In this document: positions 25,579-40,992 of the stretch, piece after piece | Numbering within the stretch: position 1 is the first letter of the stretch | Layout of the letters: every line of letters begins with the position of its first letter | Source of the DNA: Trichosphaerium sp. ATCC 40318 | Lineage: Eukaryota; Protista; Tubulinea | DNA length: 64,000 nucleotides | Reading direction: 5' to 3' | Assembly (NCBI GenBank): GCA_038496445.1 | Contig: JALMLS010000455.1 | Span: 62,001 to 126,000, forward strand | Made by a program: the position numbers and the translations under genes | The notes under the pieces: generated by a model | What the model saw: the letters and a program-made list of their open reading frames with translations, nothing else | Databases searched by the model: none | What the model was told of the DNA's origin: nothing

Positions 25579-27529
25579 CTACACTATGATTTGCTTTTTT
25601 GCTTTTATCACTTTGATACGTTCAATAGGTGTGAATCCAACTTCTTCCAACACACTTGATTCAATGTCATCTAATTTTATACCGGATTCATTCATCAATG
25701 ACCCAAGCTCTTTTGCTCGTTCACTTACAATACCTAATCCCTCTAGTATCAAAACCCAATTATTCATAGTATCTTCTTGTTCGCTTGCTGCCACATTGAG
25801 ATCAATTGATTGGATGTTCTGTAATCATGAGGTCAGATTTGGATTCCAAAATGTGATTTAAACAGTACCTCAGAATCAATGAAAGCGTGGGTTTATCACG
25901 CCATGACTTATGGGACAGCATATCATATGTATCAATATGTGAAGGTGGCTCATCTTTTCTTGAAGGTGGTTCATCTTTTCTTTCACTTATATCACTCGAT
26001 GGACTATCACGTGGTTCATTGGCATACACATCCTTTTAAGAATTAAATAATAGTTGTAAGAAATACGCTTGTAATAATAGTACCTTGTTGAGGTCATCAC
26101 CTTTCTGATGTTTTTGAAGGAATTCAACAGCATCTTGAATAATCTGTAAATCTTCTTCAGCACCTCCAAACTTTGTGTATTCGAGTTTTGGATCATTCAA
26201 AGCTTTTGACAAGTACGTCTCTCTTGTGTCTACTTTCAATTTTGACTTCATCTGTTCTAGATTTGTCTGTTCAGTTGCTTCAGTTTCTGTATCGGTCTCA
26301 GTATCTGCTTGAGCTGTAAGGTAAAAAGCGGATAATATAAAACTCCTCGTGACACATACCTTGTTCCAAAGGAGGAGATTGATGTTCTGCTTCATCTAAT
26401 TAAACAAAAGTCATAAAAGTTGATAGTAGTTTTTTAACAGATACCTTTTTTCAAGTTCTCGATGTACTCTACTATTTTATTTGCATATCCCAGAGGAATC
26501 TTGAGTAAAGATACCATTATTGTAAGGTCCAATGCTAGAAAGTCCTGGCCGCTAAAAGAAAGGTTAGTATTTGTTTCACAAAAGGATTTATATGTACGTT
26601 AACTTGTGATCTGTTAATAAGTCAACAAGCTCAGGTTCAATCTTATGAAGTACATATAACACTTGATCACATGTCCAAGTTGAAGGTGATACTGTTTTAT
26701 TTCAACCAGAATAGGTGATTGAGAGGGGATTTTCAGAAACGTTATACTCAGCAAGGAATGTTATCAACTTTTTTCCTTTGTACAATCTTCCCTCAATAGT
26801 CTTCTCACCAGGGAATGTAATCTTGACATTCTTACCTGAGGTACCAGAAATCCAATTACTTTCCCATGTGGTGCCATCAAGAAAATAATAGCATCCAGAA
26901 CCACTGTATTTGTCATCTTTATATTCACCAACATATCTGCTTCCATCGGCGTGTGTGCGCTCTCCTTTACCATTGCGTTTGCCATCTTTAAATTCGTCAA
27001 CATATTTGTCTCCATCGACCCATGTGTACTCTCCTTTGCCATTAAGTTTGTCATCTTTAAATTCGCCAACATATTTGTCTCCATTGACCAATGTGTACTC
27101 TCCTTTGCCATTAAATTTGTCATCTTTAAATTCACCATTGTATCTGCCTCCATTGGCACATGTGAACTTTCCTTTGCCATTAAATTTGTTATCTTTAAAT
27201 TCACCAACATACTTTGTTCCTTTTGGCCCTGTCCATTCTCCTTTGCCATTGCATTTGCCATCTTTAAATTCACCAATGTATTTTTTTCCATTTGCACATG
27301 TATACTCTCCTTTACCACTGCGTTTGCCGCCTTTATATTTGCCAACATATCTGCTTCCGTTGGTGTGTGTACACTCTCCTTTACCATTGCGTTTGCCATC
27401 TTTAAATTCTCCAACATATTTGTTTCCATTGGCCTATGTGTACTCTCCTTTGCCATTAAATTTGTCATCTTTAAATTCACCATTGTACTTACTTCCACTC
27501 TTGTATGTAACCTCTTTTCTTGTATACAT
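25579..27529 (-). pseudogene. MORN-repeat + SAM-like domain pseudogene
   Basis: YVGEFKDGKRNGKG repeats. In-frame TAG at 27436-27434, TGA at 26704-26702 and a frameshift near 26655 in the SAM-like WTCDQV segment. Confidence 0.7.
26903..27490 (-). repeat. 69-bp tandem repeat (about 8.5 units) encoding MORN repeats
   Basis: Recurring unit ccattaaatttgtcatctttaaattcaccaacatat with 69-nt period. Confidence 0.9.
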
Positions 27530-28174
27530 TCTTGTTTTACAACACCTACTAGGTGGGACAGAACGTTTAGAAATCCTCAAAATTGTCACGTGATTTGGTA
27601 AAAAACAGTACTACCTTTTCGCCTCCCAAAATGTTCGCTACACCAAACGAGTCGCTGATTCAAGATTTCTTTTAGCTAATTCGGCCGTAGGAGACTTCTT
27701 TTGGAATTATTTAGCACTGACGGTCAAAAAATTAAGTAGGAGAGGTACCCAGCACCTAAAGTCCTCAGCGAAGAGTGCTACCGCTAGCCTATCAACTTAA
27801 AACGAACTTAGTGGTTCACTTAACCAATGTACAGAGGCCATGCCATTCTTAGCATTCCTCATTACAAAAAGGATGCTGTACAAAGAACATAGCGTGTAAT
27901 CGCCTTGGTCTGTTTTTAAGCTAGATTCAGCGTATGAGTTGTATAGCGCAAGGACAGATTGGTTTTTCAAACAAAAATCAAAAAATAAGGGACTAAAGAC
28001 TGATCACGTGGGTAAAACCAAAGGCATTTTGTTTGTGTCGATAATGTGGTTAATTTTGTTGTCTGAACTGAATACCTAACGGAAATTGCACATGTGAACT
28101 TGTATTGTGGTACACAGGCAACTCTTTACGAAAGACAACTCAAAAAACGTCAATACGGTTCTACTAAAACGGAA

Positions 28175-30493
28175 ATGGCAAGCACTCCAGAGAATATTAT
28201 CTGGATACTATCTATACCAAGCACTGGAGCTAAATTCGTGTTTGACGTTATACGTTATCAAACATGGGATGGGACGCTTTGGTATAGCGCTATTGGGCTC
28301 TAGTTAGTACTAATACGCTGTTTTTTAAGGGAATCTCGCGTTAGCAACGGTTGTTTCCATCATCTCAAGCAAGACGGCATGGGTTTCGCTGTTGGTTATG
28401 ATTTGAACTTCCTGGCGTGTACGCTAGTTCGTTTTTTTTTGTTTTTTGTAAAACTAGCGAAGGGTGACATTTTGAGGTTTTGTGTCACGTTTTTCTTAGA
28501 TCGCAAGTTTCTTTTTTCTTTTTTTCTACTTTCTTTGTGGTGTTTGTAGTACTTTGTATTTACTCATTACAAAGGGGATGGTTCGAAAAAGACTGCGAAA
28601 ATTGCTGGTAATAGTTTGACTGTTAACGGTCAGAGTTCAAACTCCCTACAGTTTAAAAGGTATTCCACTTTTTGTTTTGCTTCTTCAAAAAAAACCAAAC
28701 TAACACGTGGGTAGTTGGGACGGCTTGGACTGGGAAGCGAAACTACAGGTAGGTTTAGATGTTCTTAAACGTATGTTTAATGTTTGGTTGTGTAGGTTAT
28801 CTCAGAGGAAAAGGCTTTGAGTCACTGGGACTTGAAATTTCTTCAAAGACTTGTGCGTGACGTGATCTTTTTTGTGTTATTTTTTTGGAAGTTCTTTTGT
28901 TGTCTAGGTTACAGCGCTCACTTTTCGAATAGGCCCGAGGCAAATCTTCTGGTGTCATGAGTGGACACGCTGTGGTAGGTGACAAGAAAGAGAACAAGAA
29001 ATTTCGTTTGGGCTTTGAAAACGGTAAGCTAACTTTGAGTGATTTCTCAAGTTGTATTCTCATCCCTTGTGCTAGGCACGATCTACGACAAAAAATCGAA
29101 TGAAAAAATTGGATCTATTGATACAATGACAAGGGATATTTCTTTTACACCAACTGCAAAGGGTGGACCAAAAGTAACGTACAAGGGCATATACGCAGGT
29201 TCGTTTCATTTCTTTTTTTTTTTCATCAATCAGCGCTTTTTCTTTGAAATAGTCTGACTGATCACGTTAACAGCTGATGGCAATTTCACGGGTACCTGGA
29301 GCCAAGAAAATCCTATAACAACAGGAACATTTACATTCAAGTTGGATATTGAGAAAGATGTAAAAAAGGTTAAGTTTGGAGAAGCTGATATAGTATTCCT
29401 TAAATCAAAGTCTTCGAACAAGAATCTTAGAATAAGTAAGGAAGGAAAAGTATCTGGTACTGGCGCTCAAGGACAATGGGGTAAGCTTAAACAATATTGA
29501 AATAACGCTAACACTATACTCTTTCTTTCAGCACAGTTCAAGATTCTTAAAGTCAAGGATTCAATAGTCAGGTTCCAAAACATTGGAAATCCAAAGAACT
29601 TCCTTCGCATTAGTCCAAAAGGAGAACTTGATGCAGTACGCCTATATTTTTTGTTATACACGAGAAGTTACTTATTAACATACTGTACAGGGCGGTGGCG
29701 GAAAATGGTGTCACTTCAAGCTCGTCAAAGTTGGCAAATTCCATGTTCTTGAATCAGTTGAACATGGCTTCAAGAAGAGAGTAGGCATTCTTGTACGTAG
29801 TGTCAACCCTTGTTAACAAGATCACGTGATATTCTTTAACTATACCCGTGTTTTGCTAGTTTTAATTGATCGTTTAAATAGGACGATGGAACAGCAAAGA
29901 GTCCTGATAAGACCGGAAGAGGAAAGCACGGTCAGTTTGAAATTGAATACAAAGACAAAGATAGACAAGCAAGAGGTCCTTTTGTACAAGGCGCTAAGTT
30001 ATTCTTCACCTCTTTTTCAAGTGGAAGAAACCTTAGAATAAAGAAAGAAGGTGACGTCGATGCTAGCGGTGGCAAAGGAAAGTGGGGTACGAATAAGCAA
30101 CTTCAGAACAAAAACCCAAACAAACTTCAACTCAACATTAATCAAAACCGTTTAGCTCAGTTCATTGTTCACAAAGATGGCGATTTTATCAAACTACAGA
30201 ATGTAGGTGATGAGAAGCACTACCTTCGCATTACATCAAAGAATGTATTAGATGGAAAAGTACGACTCAAACAGATGATTTTTGATGCAAATAAAGTCTA
30301 ACTTTTTGTACAGGGCGGTGGTGGAAAATGGTGTCAGTTTAAAGTTGTCCGAAGAGGAGGCAGAAAAGTGTTACTAAAGTCACCTCATTTTGATAACGCT
30401 TTTGTAAGTGTTAAGACCAATGGAAATGTGGCGGATACAAGCTTCAGAAAAAGGAGATCCGCTTTGTTCAAGTTCTCCAGAGTAGGAAAATAG
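28175..30493 (+). CDS. Protein with two C-terminal beta-trefoil (fascin/hisactophilin-like) domains
   Basis: Duplicated module NLRI..G.V...G..G.WAQF...LQN.G...(F/Y)LRI...LD..GGGGKWC.F with introns at equivalent positions. Confidence 0.6.
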
Positions 30494-30608
30494 GTTTTGA
30501 TTGTTGAAAAAAATAAAATGATCGTTCACTCCGTTAGATAAATGCTTTGTTAGTGATAACCTCACCATTTTTATTGCTTTCGTTGTACACTTTCAGCTTG
30601 TAGGCATC

Positions 30609-31045
30609 TCAAAAAGGCAGCATAACCAATAATAACAAGAGTACACTTCCGCACAATGCATAAAGAGCTGCTGACGGAATAGTAGGCGCAGCAGTTGTAG
30701 GAGCAACAGTTGTTTGAAGTGGAATTCGTGAGAATATACAGACATTATCACTAGAAGCTACTATCGATCTTTGACATTGCATTTTCCCTCTGATTACTTG
30801 AGGACCTACGACACTGTGCCTTCAATAATCCATACTTACAAGTGCCAACACTTGAGCTATTCCAACGCAGTCTGTATTGCGCAATATGTCGGAATTCCAT
30901 GTACCAAAAGTCTTGTGTGACTTGGTGCAATACTTGCAATAAGGATTTTGATCCTGTGGTTACGTGTGGAAGGTTTTTCTTTAGAATAATAAGGAAGAGT
31001 TACCTCTTTCTTGATACGGAGTTAAGTCAAAAAAACCTGCATAGC
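30609..31045 (-). pseudogene. 3' portion of a GPI-anchor-like surface protein; no start codon found
   Basis: Two canonical introns give ...TTVAPTTAAPTIPSAALYALCGSVLLLLLVMLPF*. Confidence 0.4.
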
Positions 31046-31100
31046 AAATTATGACATCAACCACGTGAAGAAAAATTGATTTATAAGAGCTTATTTATCA

Positions 31101-33357
31101 ATGAGCTTCTTCTATCATTGGTTTGGAGACGTAACAACAGAGTTGAGAGAAGAAATTGTAAGTACTTTCACAAAAAAGATCTTAATAACGTTTTTGTAGT
31201 CAAATGGCGCGGAGATACTCAGTTTACGGTGTGTACCACTTGTTTTGAATAAAAAACGAATCATTTCATTGACAGGGCTTTAGAAAACAGGTCGCAAGCA
31301 TCACAAAAGCGTTAGATACAAAAACAAAGATATTACAGGTGTTATTACAAAGAAAGTTTATGATTGTTACTAACTGTACCGGCAGACCACTCAAGAACTC
31401 GTAAAAGAACAGCAGGAAAGGCTAGGAGTAGTAGAGAAGGAAAAAGAGTCCTTAGAGGATAAAATAGCCGAACAAAACAAAGAGATTGCCGAACTCAAAC
31501 TAAAGCTTGAAGCAGTGGCTGATGATAAAGAAAAAGTTCTTTTAGAGCTTGTTGAAAAATATGAGGCCAAATCAGAATATTATCAAGCTCTAGTAAACAG
31601 AAAATCAGATGAGATTACTAGCCTACGCACTACAATTACAAAATTATCAGGTATGTTCCCACATGCTTATTATTATTTTTGTTAGTCCCAAAACATTGTT
31701 TTCACAATGAACGAAAAACACCTCCATAATGTATCCACCAAAATACGTTGTGTTCGTTTATTTCATTTCAAGAAAGCGACTTTCAATCTAAAAATCACGG
31801 ATGATGATTATTGTTAACTGTCACGTGGTTCAATAATACAATTTGTTTCGTCGCTTTTTAGTTTTTTGGGTTTTTTTGTAGTGAAGCAAAAAACGCTAAC
31901 GTGTTGCCGTTAGACCGATTAGATGTAAAACAAAAAAAGACAGTAACACTAGAAAAGATGATGTGTGAGCAAGACAATACAATCAATGAGCTACAAAGCG
32001 AAAAAGAAGAATTACTTGCTGAGAATTATCAAGTTGAAGAAGAAAAGCACGAGCTTAATCAAGAGTTAATAGAAGAACGCTCCCGGCGAATGGAACTTGA
32101 ACAAAGTATAGATGATGATGTAAAACAGTACTCTAACGAGATGAAACGATTACTAAAAGAGCTAAAACAAAGCAAAGTACAATCATTTTTTCTTGTGTTA
32201 ACTTACTCCGTATCATCCGGATCTTTTTTTTGTTCATCTTGTGGACACTTTATACTAACATGCTTCATCTAAGACTGAGTTGAACGCAATTAAAAAGAAG
32301 TTGGCTGGTTATTCAAAACAAATGGCAGAGTTGAATCAACGCATGTTAGAGAATAATGAAGGCGATGTAAGCGCTCTAGAAGGTAATCAGTCTAAAATAT
32401 CTTTTTTTTTTCATTTACTTCTTCTTCACTGAAGCTCCACTTCGTTTTATTGTACTTTCTTTGTTGTGTAACCTTCGTTTTTGTTTAGAAAAAATTAAAG
32501 ATATGAGTATAGATGCAGAACTACTAAAAGACAAGGTAGCAGCTTTAGAAAAAGCAATTTTAAAGGCAGAACAACAGGTACAACTTTGTTTGGGTTGGCA
32601 ATAAATACTTTAAGGAGTATACTATCTGAGTGTTCTTATTCGGGTTTTTTAGGCTAGAGAACTTCAATCAATGCTAAACACAAACGGTTTGAATGTTGAA
32701 GAACAACTTGCCAATTCCGTAGCCGTACGTTAAGTGCAATTCTCATTTTATCATGAAAACTAAATTAGTGCTTTTCGCTTGTATTTTTTAATTGATTCTA
32801 ATGCAATGTATTTAGAAAGTAGCTGACTTAGTCGCTCACCACACAGAGTTAGAAGTTGAAGTGAATACCCTAAAAGAAAAAAATGAGTACGTAACTTTTG
32901 CAAACCCTTATATTTTTACCTTTAGTTCATCATCTTTTTTCTTACTTTTTTTGCACCAACTAGCGAAATAATGCGCTATCTGGTTTTCCTTAATAAACGT
33001 CTAAAATCAGTAACTAAACAACAATCCGTCATTGTTAAAACAAGGACAATACATAAAACAGTAAAGACGCATACACAACAAGCAAATAAAGAAGTACAAG
33101 ATTACCTAACTAGAAATGCAGAAGATCTTAAAAAGCTTCAAGAACTATTAGAAAACGCTGACAAGGTAAGCAAGAAACTCAACTCAAAAAAAAATCTTGT
33201 CACGTGTTTTTTGTAGTCACTTCGAACTTTTATTAACCTTATTCACTAGCAAATTCAAAAGACAATAACATTGCAGAAGTCTGCACCATATAAAAAAAAA
33301 CCAATTAATGGAGCTGCACAACTTGCTCAAGAAAAGGCCGTAGTTGCTTCAGACTGA
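31101..33357 (+). CDS. Coiled-coil protein, multi-exon
   Basis: E/K/Q/L heptad-rich exons joined by canonical introns; ends AVVASD*. Confidence 0.65.
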
Positions 33358-33554
33358 GCACATAGCAATATTAATGATTTTTTTTGGACGAGAGCTTTGA
33401 AATAGTTGTATATCTTCACCGTATTTGCTTTGTCAATAAAAATCCATTTGTGTTGTCCTACTCACTGAAGCCACGCTCTGGTTCATTCTTCCCTTAACTA
33501 CATAGCTCTCGCTAACCTCTAGTTCCGTCGTTGTTACTTGGATTGCACTTAGCT

Positions 33555-34202
33555 TCATAGTTCCAGGTCTTTATCATCATCTCCACTTGATTGCACGTGC
33601 GACAAGTAAGCATTCCACAATACGCTTACACCGCTAACTACAAGCGGTTGATATGGCACAGCCACAAATGAGAATACAACAGCTTGAACAGGAATCCACA
33701 GTATACAATCAGAAACAAAGACAGTCAAGTAGTTTGTTTGTAAGTTATCCCAAAGATCATTAAATGTGCGCCTCTCAAACATGTTCTGAACCGTAAAAAA
33801 TATGACGAGGCCTGGTGGTTCAAACAAGAACTGATCCAATGCTATCTTAAAGCATGTCAAAGAAATAGCTCCCTTTACAAGCCCTACACGAAAATTTAGG
33901 CGTAGAGAAGACAGTGGGTTGAGTTTGATCACTTTTTACGTACTTTGGTTGGAAGTGAGTTTATCAAGGAATGGGTACCACCAAGTAACCATTGGACCAT
34001 CTATTAATCCTCCATACACAGTAAAGCGCGCAGTACGCTCTTTATCTATACTTTGAGCGCCTTCAAGCTTTTGAGCTAGCAAATCGCCAAAAAACCACAT
34101 CCCTGTGCATGTAATGCCATTCGTAATGTATGGTCGTGTTTTAAGATTTCTGGCAAATGATTGCAACGGTTTGCTACAATACCGCGTAAGGAAGCTAGCC
34201 AT
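33555..34202 (-). CDS. Mpv17/PMP22 family membrane protein
   Basis: RPYITNGIT..FFGDLLAQ, KIALDQFLFEP, WIPVQAVVFSFV, LWNAYLS. One intron. Start may be 34382. Confidence 0.9.
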
Positions 34203-34463
34203 AGCAAAGGTAGTGAGGAAGATACTGCAATCACTTAAGTGCACGTGAACAGTCAAACAATATATGGACGTTCGCGTAGCGTGCCCCTTGTGTACCAACC
34301 TAGCAATTGGAACATTTGTACCAAACGTAGTAGTTCTGTACAAAGAGGAAAGTTGCCTAAACGGCACTGAACCGCGAAACAAGCAAGACTACAAGTTAAA
34401 GGTTGTTTTAATATTTTACATGAATGAGGTCGTTTTGATTTCAAAAAAAAAAAAAAAAAGACT

Positions 34464-35385
34464 TCAACTTTCGTTGTTTGCATGTTCTACTCGATCTACA
34501 ACAACACCATGCTCCTCCATCATGCGTAAGATACGTGTAGTCATCTGGGGGAACTTGTTAAAGGCGTAAGGGAGGCGCAGGGAACGTAGTTCCTTCCCGT
34601 TTCTGGTCTTATATTGCTTTGGTTTGGCAGAAATTGGCGTTGCCTCAGCGATCGGCCAGCGATTCTTCCTCCTCCGTTTCTTTCCATTACTTGCATGACG
34701 CTCACTAGGAAGCCTGCTCGCGACTCCAGGATCATTGGAACGAGTATTTACCTCGGCTACAATGGCATTTCTTCCTCTAGGTCTTTATTTTAATGCTTGA
34801 TTTCTAAATATAACTACACGCACGTGCAGACAAGTGCTTGTTGATCATTTTCATAGTATTGTCTTTCTTCTATCCGTGACGTTCTTTTTCCTAGAGAAGG
34901 AACACTCAAGTTTTCACTATTTTCGTTGTCTAAAGGGGTTTTCAGTCGTCGGTTTTTTTTTTGGTAAAGTTGAAAATCTGTTGTTTAGCGAAAAATAAAA
35001 TAAAATTTGTACCTTCAAAACAACGTCTTGATTTTCTTTTTCGCTTCAGATTGCATCGCTTAGTGTCTGTATTGTTTGATTCAAAGTATTTATCAAAAAC
35101 GGTTCGTGAGATTAATGAGGCTTGTAGGAACTGCTTCATTAGCTCTGAACCGCTTCTAATACGTGGGTGGTTTACTCCTTCGATGTGATAGTAGTAAGAA
35201 CTGCGATTTGCCGCCGTTCGCGCTTTCACCTCGTATGTACATCTTAAAACGCGTTTGTTATCTTCCAACCAGCGATGTAGAGTATCAGGACAATCACTGC
35301 TTGTTATTCTCCCCTTTACTTCCATTTGGTAGTTTAGCGATTGCAATTGGGCAGCACCTGTGGTCCACAATGGGATAGAGACTTG
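34464..35385 (-). CDS. Basic nuclear protein with divergent MBD-like segment; 5' end unresolved
   Basis: Spliced exons with W..EVKARTAANRSSYYYH..G..RIRSGSEL and NLS-like KRKRKSRR and KKRRRK. Confidence 0.45.
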
Positions 35386-35616
35386 CTATGCGTTATCGTC
35401 AAGTTCTGTGAAAAAGCATGGCTGAAAGAGCTAATAAGGTAAGGCACCTTCAAATCTGACACGAATTTACACCCTCAACTTGTTTGCAATAAACACTTGC
35501 ATTGTGCCAATAATTGTCGTGGCGTGATGAAATAATGGGACAAGTTCTAACAACAATTCTCATTTTTTCGAAATAAAAGTCTTGAGAAGTGTCTCATTTG
35601 TTAAAACAAGTGTCAC

Positions 35617-37167
35617 ATGATAAAGTTTAAGCGCCTAGCGCAAGCAGACGCAGAATTACAAACTTTAAATGGCACAATTTCTGATGAAGACGAACAAGGG
35701 GATTGGAGCTACCCTAGTACGTGTTGATATCGTTTGAGTACGTTTAATATGGGTAGCGTTGCCTTGTAAGAAACGATTTGGCGAAACAGTTGTAATTTTA
35801 CACCATATTACAAAAGGTACGCATAATTAGCCGCTGATACGTTAATTCTGCTAGAATATTCACTTCCAGGACGAGACGACACTGTAATTGCCTTGAATGA
35901 CATACATCTCGCGCCTCGCTCAGAATTTTACCCTATACGTAGGTGCGTACCTTTTTATCAAAACCGGTTAAAATATTTTTACAATTTCGCCGCTGTGGTT
36001 TAACACGGATTAGAGGAGAGTTTATTATGCTGAGAGGGCCTTCTGGTGGAGGAAAAACCACCTTACTCAATTTATTGGGAACAATTGATAAAGCGTCTGC
36101 TGGTAGAGTAGGCACGCAAAAGTATACATGCCACGTTGCTTACAGTACGCAGAAATTTTGGGCACAGCTATAACGAGCGACTCTGACGACAATTACTTGT
36201 CAGACTTACGTTTGACACGGATAGGTTAGTCTTTGTTCATACAATGTTGTAATGCGTTATAAATAACTGTCTTTGCTTTTAGGTTTTGTTTTTCAAACGT
36301 TTAATCTTCTCGCTACAATGTCGGCTTTCGAAAACGTCGAACTACCCATGATACTAGCGGGTAAGATGTCATCAAAAGAAATAAAGGAGCGAGCAAAAGA
36401 ACTTCTAGGACGTACGTAAACTTCGTCTACGTAAAATTTACAAATCAGAATGTCGCGTCATTTTTTGGTTGCAAAAAAATATCTCGATACGTTTGGCTTT
36501 TTGTTCTCTCGGATACCACAGTTGTTTGTAAACGGTTTTTTTTTTTTGAAAAGTCCGTTCTCCTACTTGTTTTGGAGTTGACGCTTTGTTAGTTGTTGGA
36601 TTACGTGATAGGATGAACCATTTAGTACGTTTAAAAAGCTAAAACAAATTTCGAATCGGTTGGTCCTTTATCAGTTTTGGTAACAAGAAGTTTTTAGCCA
36701 TCAGAACTATCGGGAGGAGAACAACAACGCGTGTAAGTACTTTTTGATGGACTCTACAAAATAATAATGAAAACTAAAAGTAGTTAAATTGAGCACTAAA
36801 TACGTATTAGTACTATAGCCAGGGCGCTTTCAAATAAACCAGAATTACTTCTACTCGATGAGCCGACGGGAGATCTTGATACTAAAAACACTATCGAAAT
36901 AATGGACTTGTTGTTGTCCATTAATCAATCGCAAAGAGTCACTTGCGTAATGGTAAGTTTTGTAGTTTCGAACAAAAAAGTTTTACGTTTTGTTGAAAAT
37001 TACTTAAAAAACCGTAGGTGTCTCATAACCCCGACGTTGAGTGTTACGCTGACAGGATATTGATGATAGAAGATGGGTGTTTTCAAAAGCAAATCATTAA
37101 CACCGAACAAACCCCGCTCAACTACGACCATTATATCAAGTACTTGAACGAAACTCGTGACCAGTAA
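35617..37167 (+). CDS. Solitary ABC ATPase, LolD/MacB-type (Dictyostelium abcH-like)
   Basis: GPSGGGKTT, GFVFQTFNLL, LSGGEQQRV, LLLDEPTGDLD, VSHN; no TM domain. Confidence 0.9.
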
Positions 37168-37553
37168 ATAATTTTACCGCCACGTAGCAGTTTGTAACGT
37201 AAATCTTTTTCTTTACGTTTTCTATTGAGTTAAACTTTCGGGGGACGTTAGTTCGAACAGAAAAACGGTTTTTTAGGACACTGTGAAGAAAGTGGAACTG
37301 TGTTCGTGAAAAATGAGAAAACGTATCAATGGTGGGCTATTGTAACAGTTATATTTTACACTATTTGGCGGTATGTACATGGAATTCTTAGGTTCGCGTA
37401 AAGGAACACAAAAAAACCGTTAATGGGGAGATAATAAGACCGGCCAGTTCGTTCAAAGTATCCCCGGCTGATTTTGTTCATTTTTTCTTGTTTGTTTGGT
37501 GTTGGCGGTTTTGTTTGAGACTAAGTTTGCCGCAACAGTGTTCAAATATCGCT

Positions 37554-38514
37554 CTACGTGGTGAGGAGTTTGGTGAGGATAGTATGGCTTCGTCTACAAA
37601 AAGATAAGCAAAGATGAAGTTTCAAAACACAATAAAACATACCAGATATCATCAGTTTGAATTCTCCTCTTGGTGATACACTTGATGTACGTGTACTAAG
37701 GTGACCGTCGTTTAGTGTACGAAGACCGCTGAGGTTTAAAGTAATCACTCCGTTAGACATTTGGGTTATAAGGTGTTGCGTTGATGAAAGGGTTGAGAAT
37801 TTATGAGGTAGAAATTTCGATTTTTTTGGAAAAATACCAATTCCTTAAAAAAGATACCTTGTCAATATTGGTAACTTTGCAACAATGGCGTTGCCATAAG
37901 CATAAAACAATGGAAGTACCTTATTTGGAGTTTTACGGAGATTTAATTCGTAGTAATTCATCCCATTCGCATGGAGGAACTAATGGCGAATGTGCTGGAG
38001 GAAAAACAAAACAATGTGCCGATAAATTAAATCTTTTCTGCAATTAAAAAACAGCGAAAAGAAAAACTGCGTAAACTATCATTACTGCACGAATATTACC
38101 GCCAAAACGATTGTTGTACCAATAGTTTTATTCGCACGTCGTTTGTCTGTTGAGGAATGTAACGACAACGGAGAAATAACCGTCAAAAAAAAAAGTCCAA
38201 ACTTGGAAGGTGCAACATGTTTTATTGTAACGCGACATAACTTTTGAAGATTCAAACCCCGCACAGACTCACGAGGTATTGTACACTCAAACAAGTGCTA
38301 ACAGTGCAAATATAATGATACCTTTGGAAACGTTTCGGGTAATAATTTTGAACTCAAACACGTCTGTTTTTCACGACACGACTACGTCAACATTGCCAGG
38401 AACTATCTTAGTAATATTGCCGCTTGTCATAGCTAGTAAACAAACGCATGCCATGACTAGGACCTGATAGTCACGGTGACTACTCTGGATCTATGTTTCT
38501 CACAGCGACGTTTA
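37554..38514 (-). CDS. Hypothetical multi-exon protein; structure unresolved
   Basis: Short open frames flanked by splice-like signals; no recognisable motif. Confidence 0.25.
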
Positions 38515-38722
38515 CAAACGCCAAACATTGACTGTTGCAATTTGGAACTGTAAACTTGCTGAATGCGCAGCTATGTTGTCCTCAAACATGTGTAAGTGCT
38601 TAGCTACGCCCAGCGCGAGAGTTGGATCAGCCTGCCTCTTGTACGGATAAGAATAAGTAATGTGAAACACGCTTAATCCACAGCGTAAAAGTTTGGGAAG
38701 CATTGGCCCGCAACACAGTAAG

Positions 38723-40992
<2,270 letters not shown>

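Noticed and set aside
26702-27436. Stop-codon reassignment or selenocysteine
   Set aside because: All three stops terminate conserved genes elsewhere, and the same gene also has a frameshift
26903-27490. CRISPR-like regular repeats
   Set aside because: Contiguous coding tandem repeat with no unique spacers and no cas genes
26764-27601. Long ORFs of 244, 227 and 216 aa in other frames or strands
   Set aside because: Shadows of the 69-bp MORN repeat
35524-35600. Box C-like GTGATGA (snoRNA)
   Set aside because: No suitable D box or terminal stem
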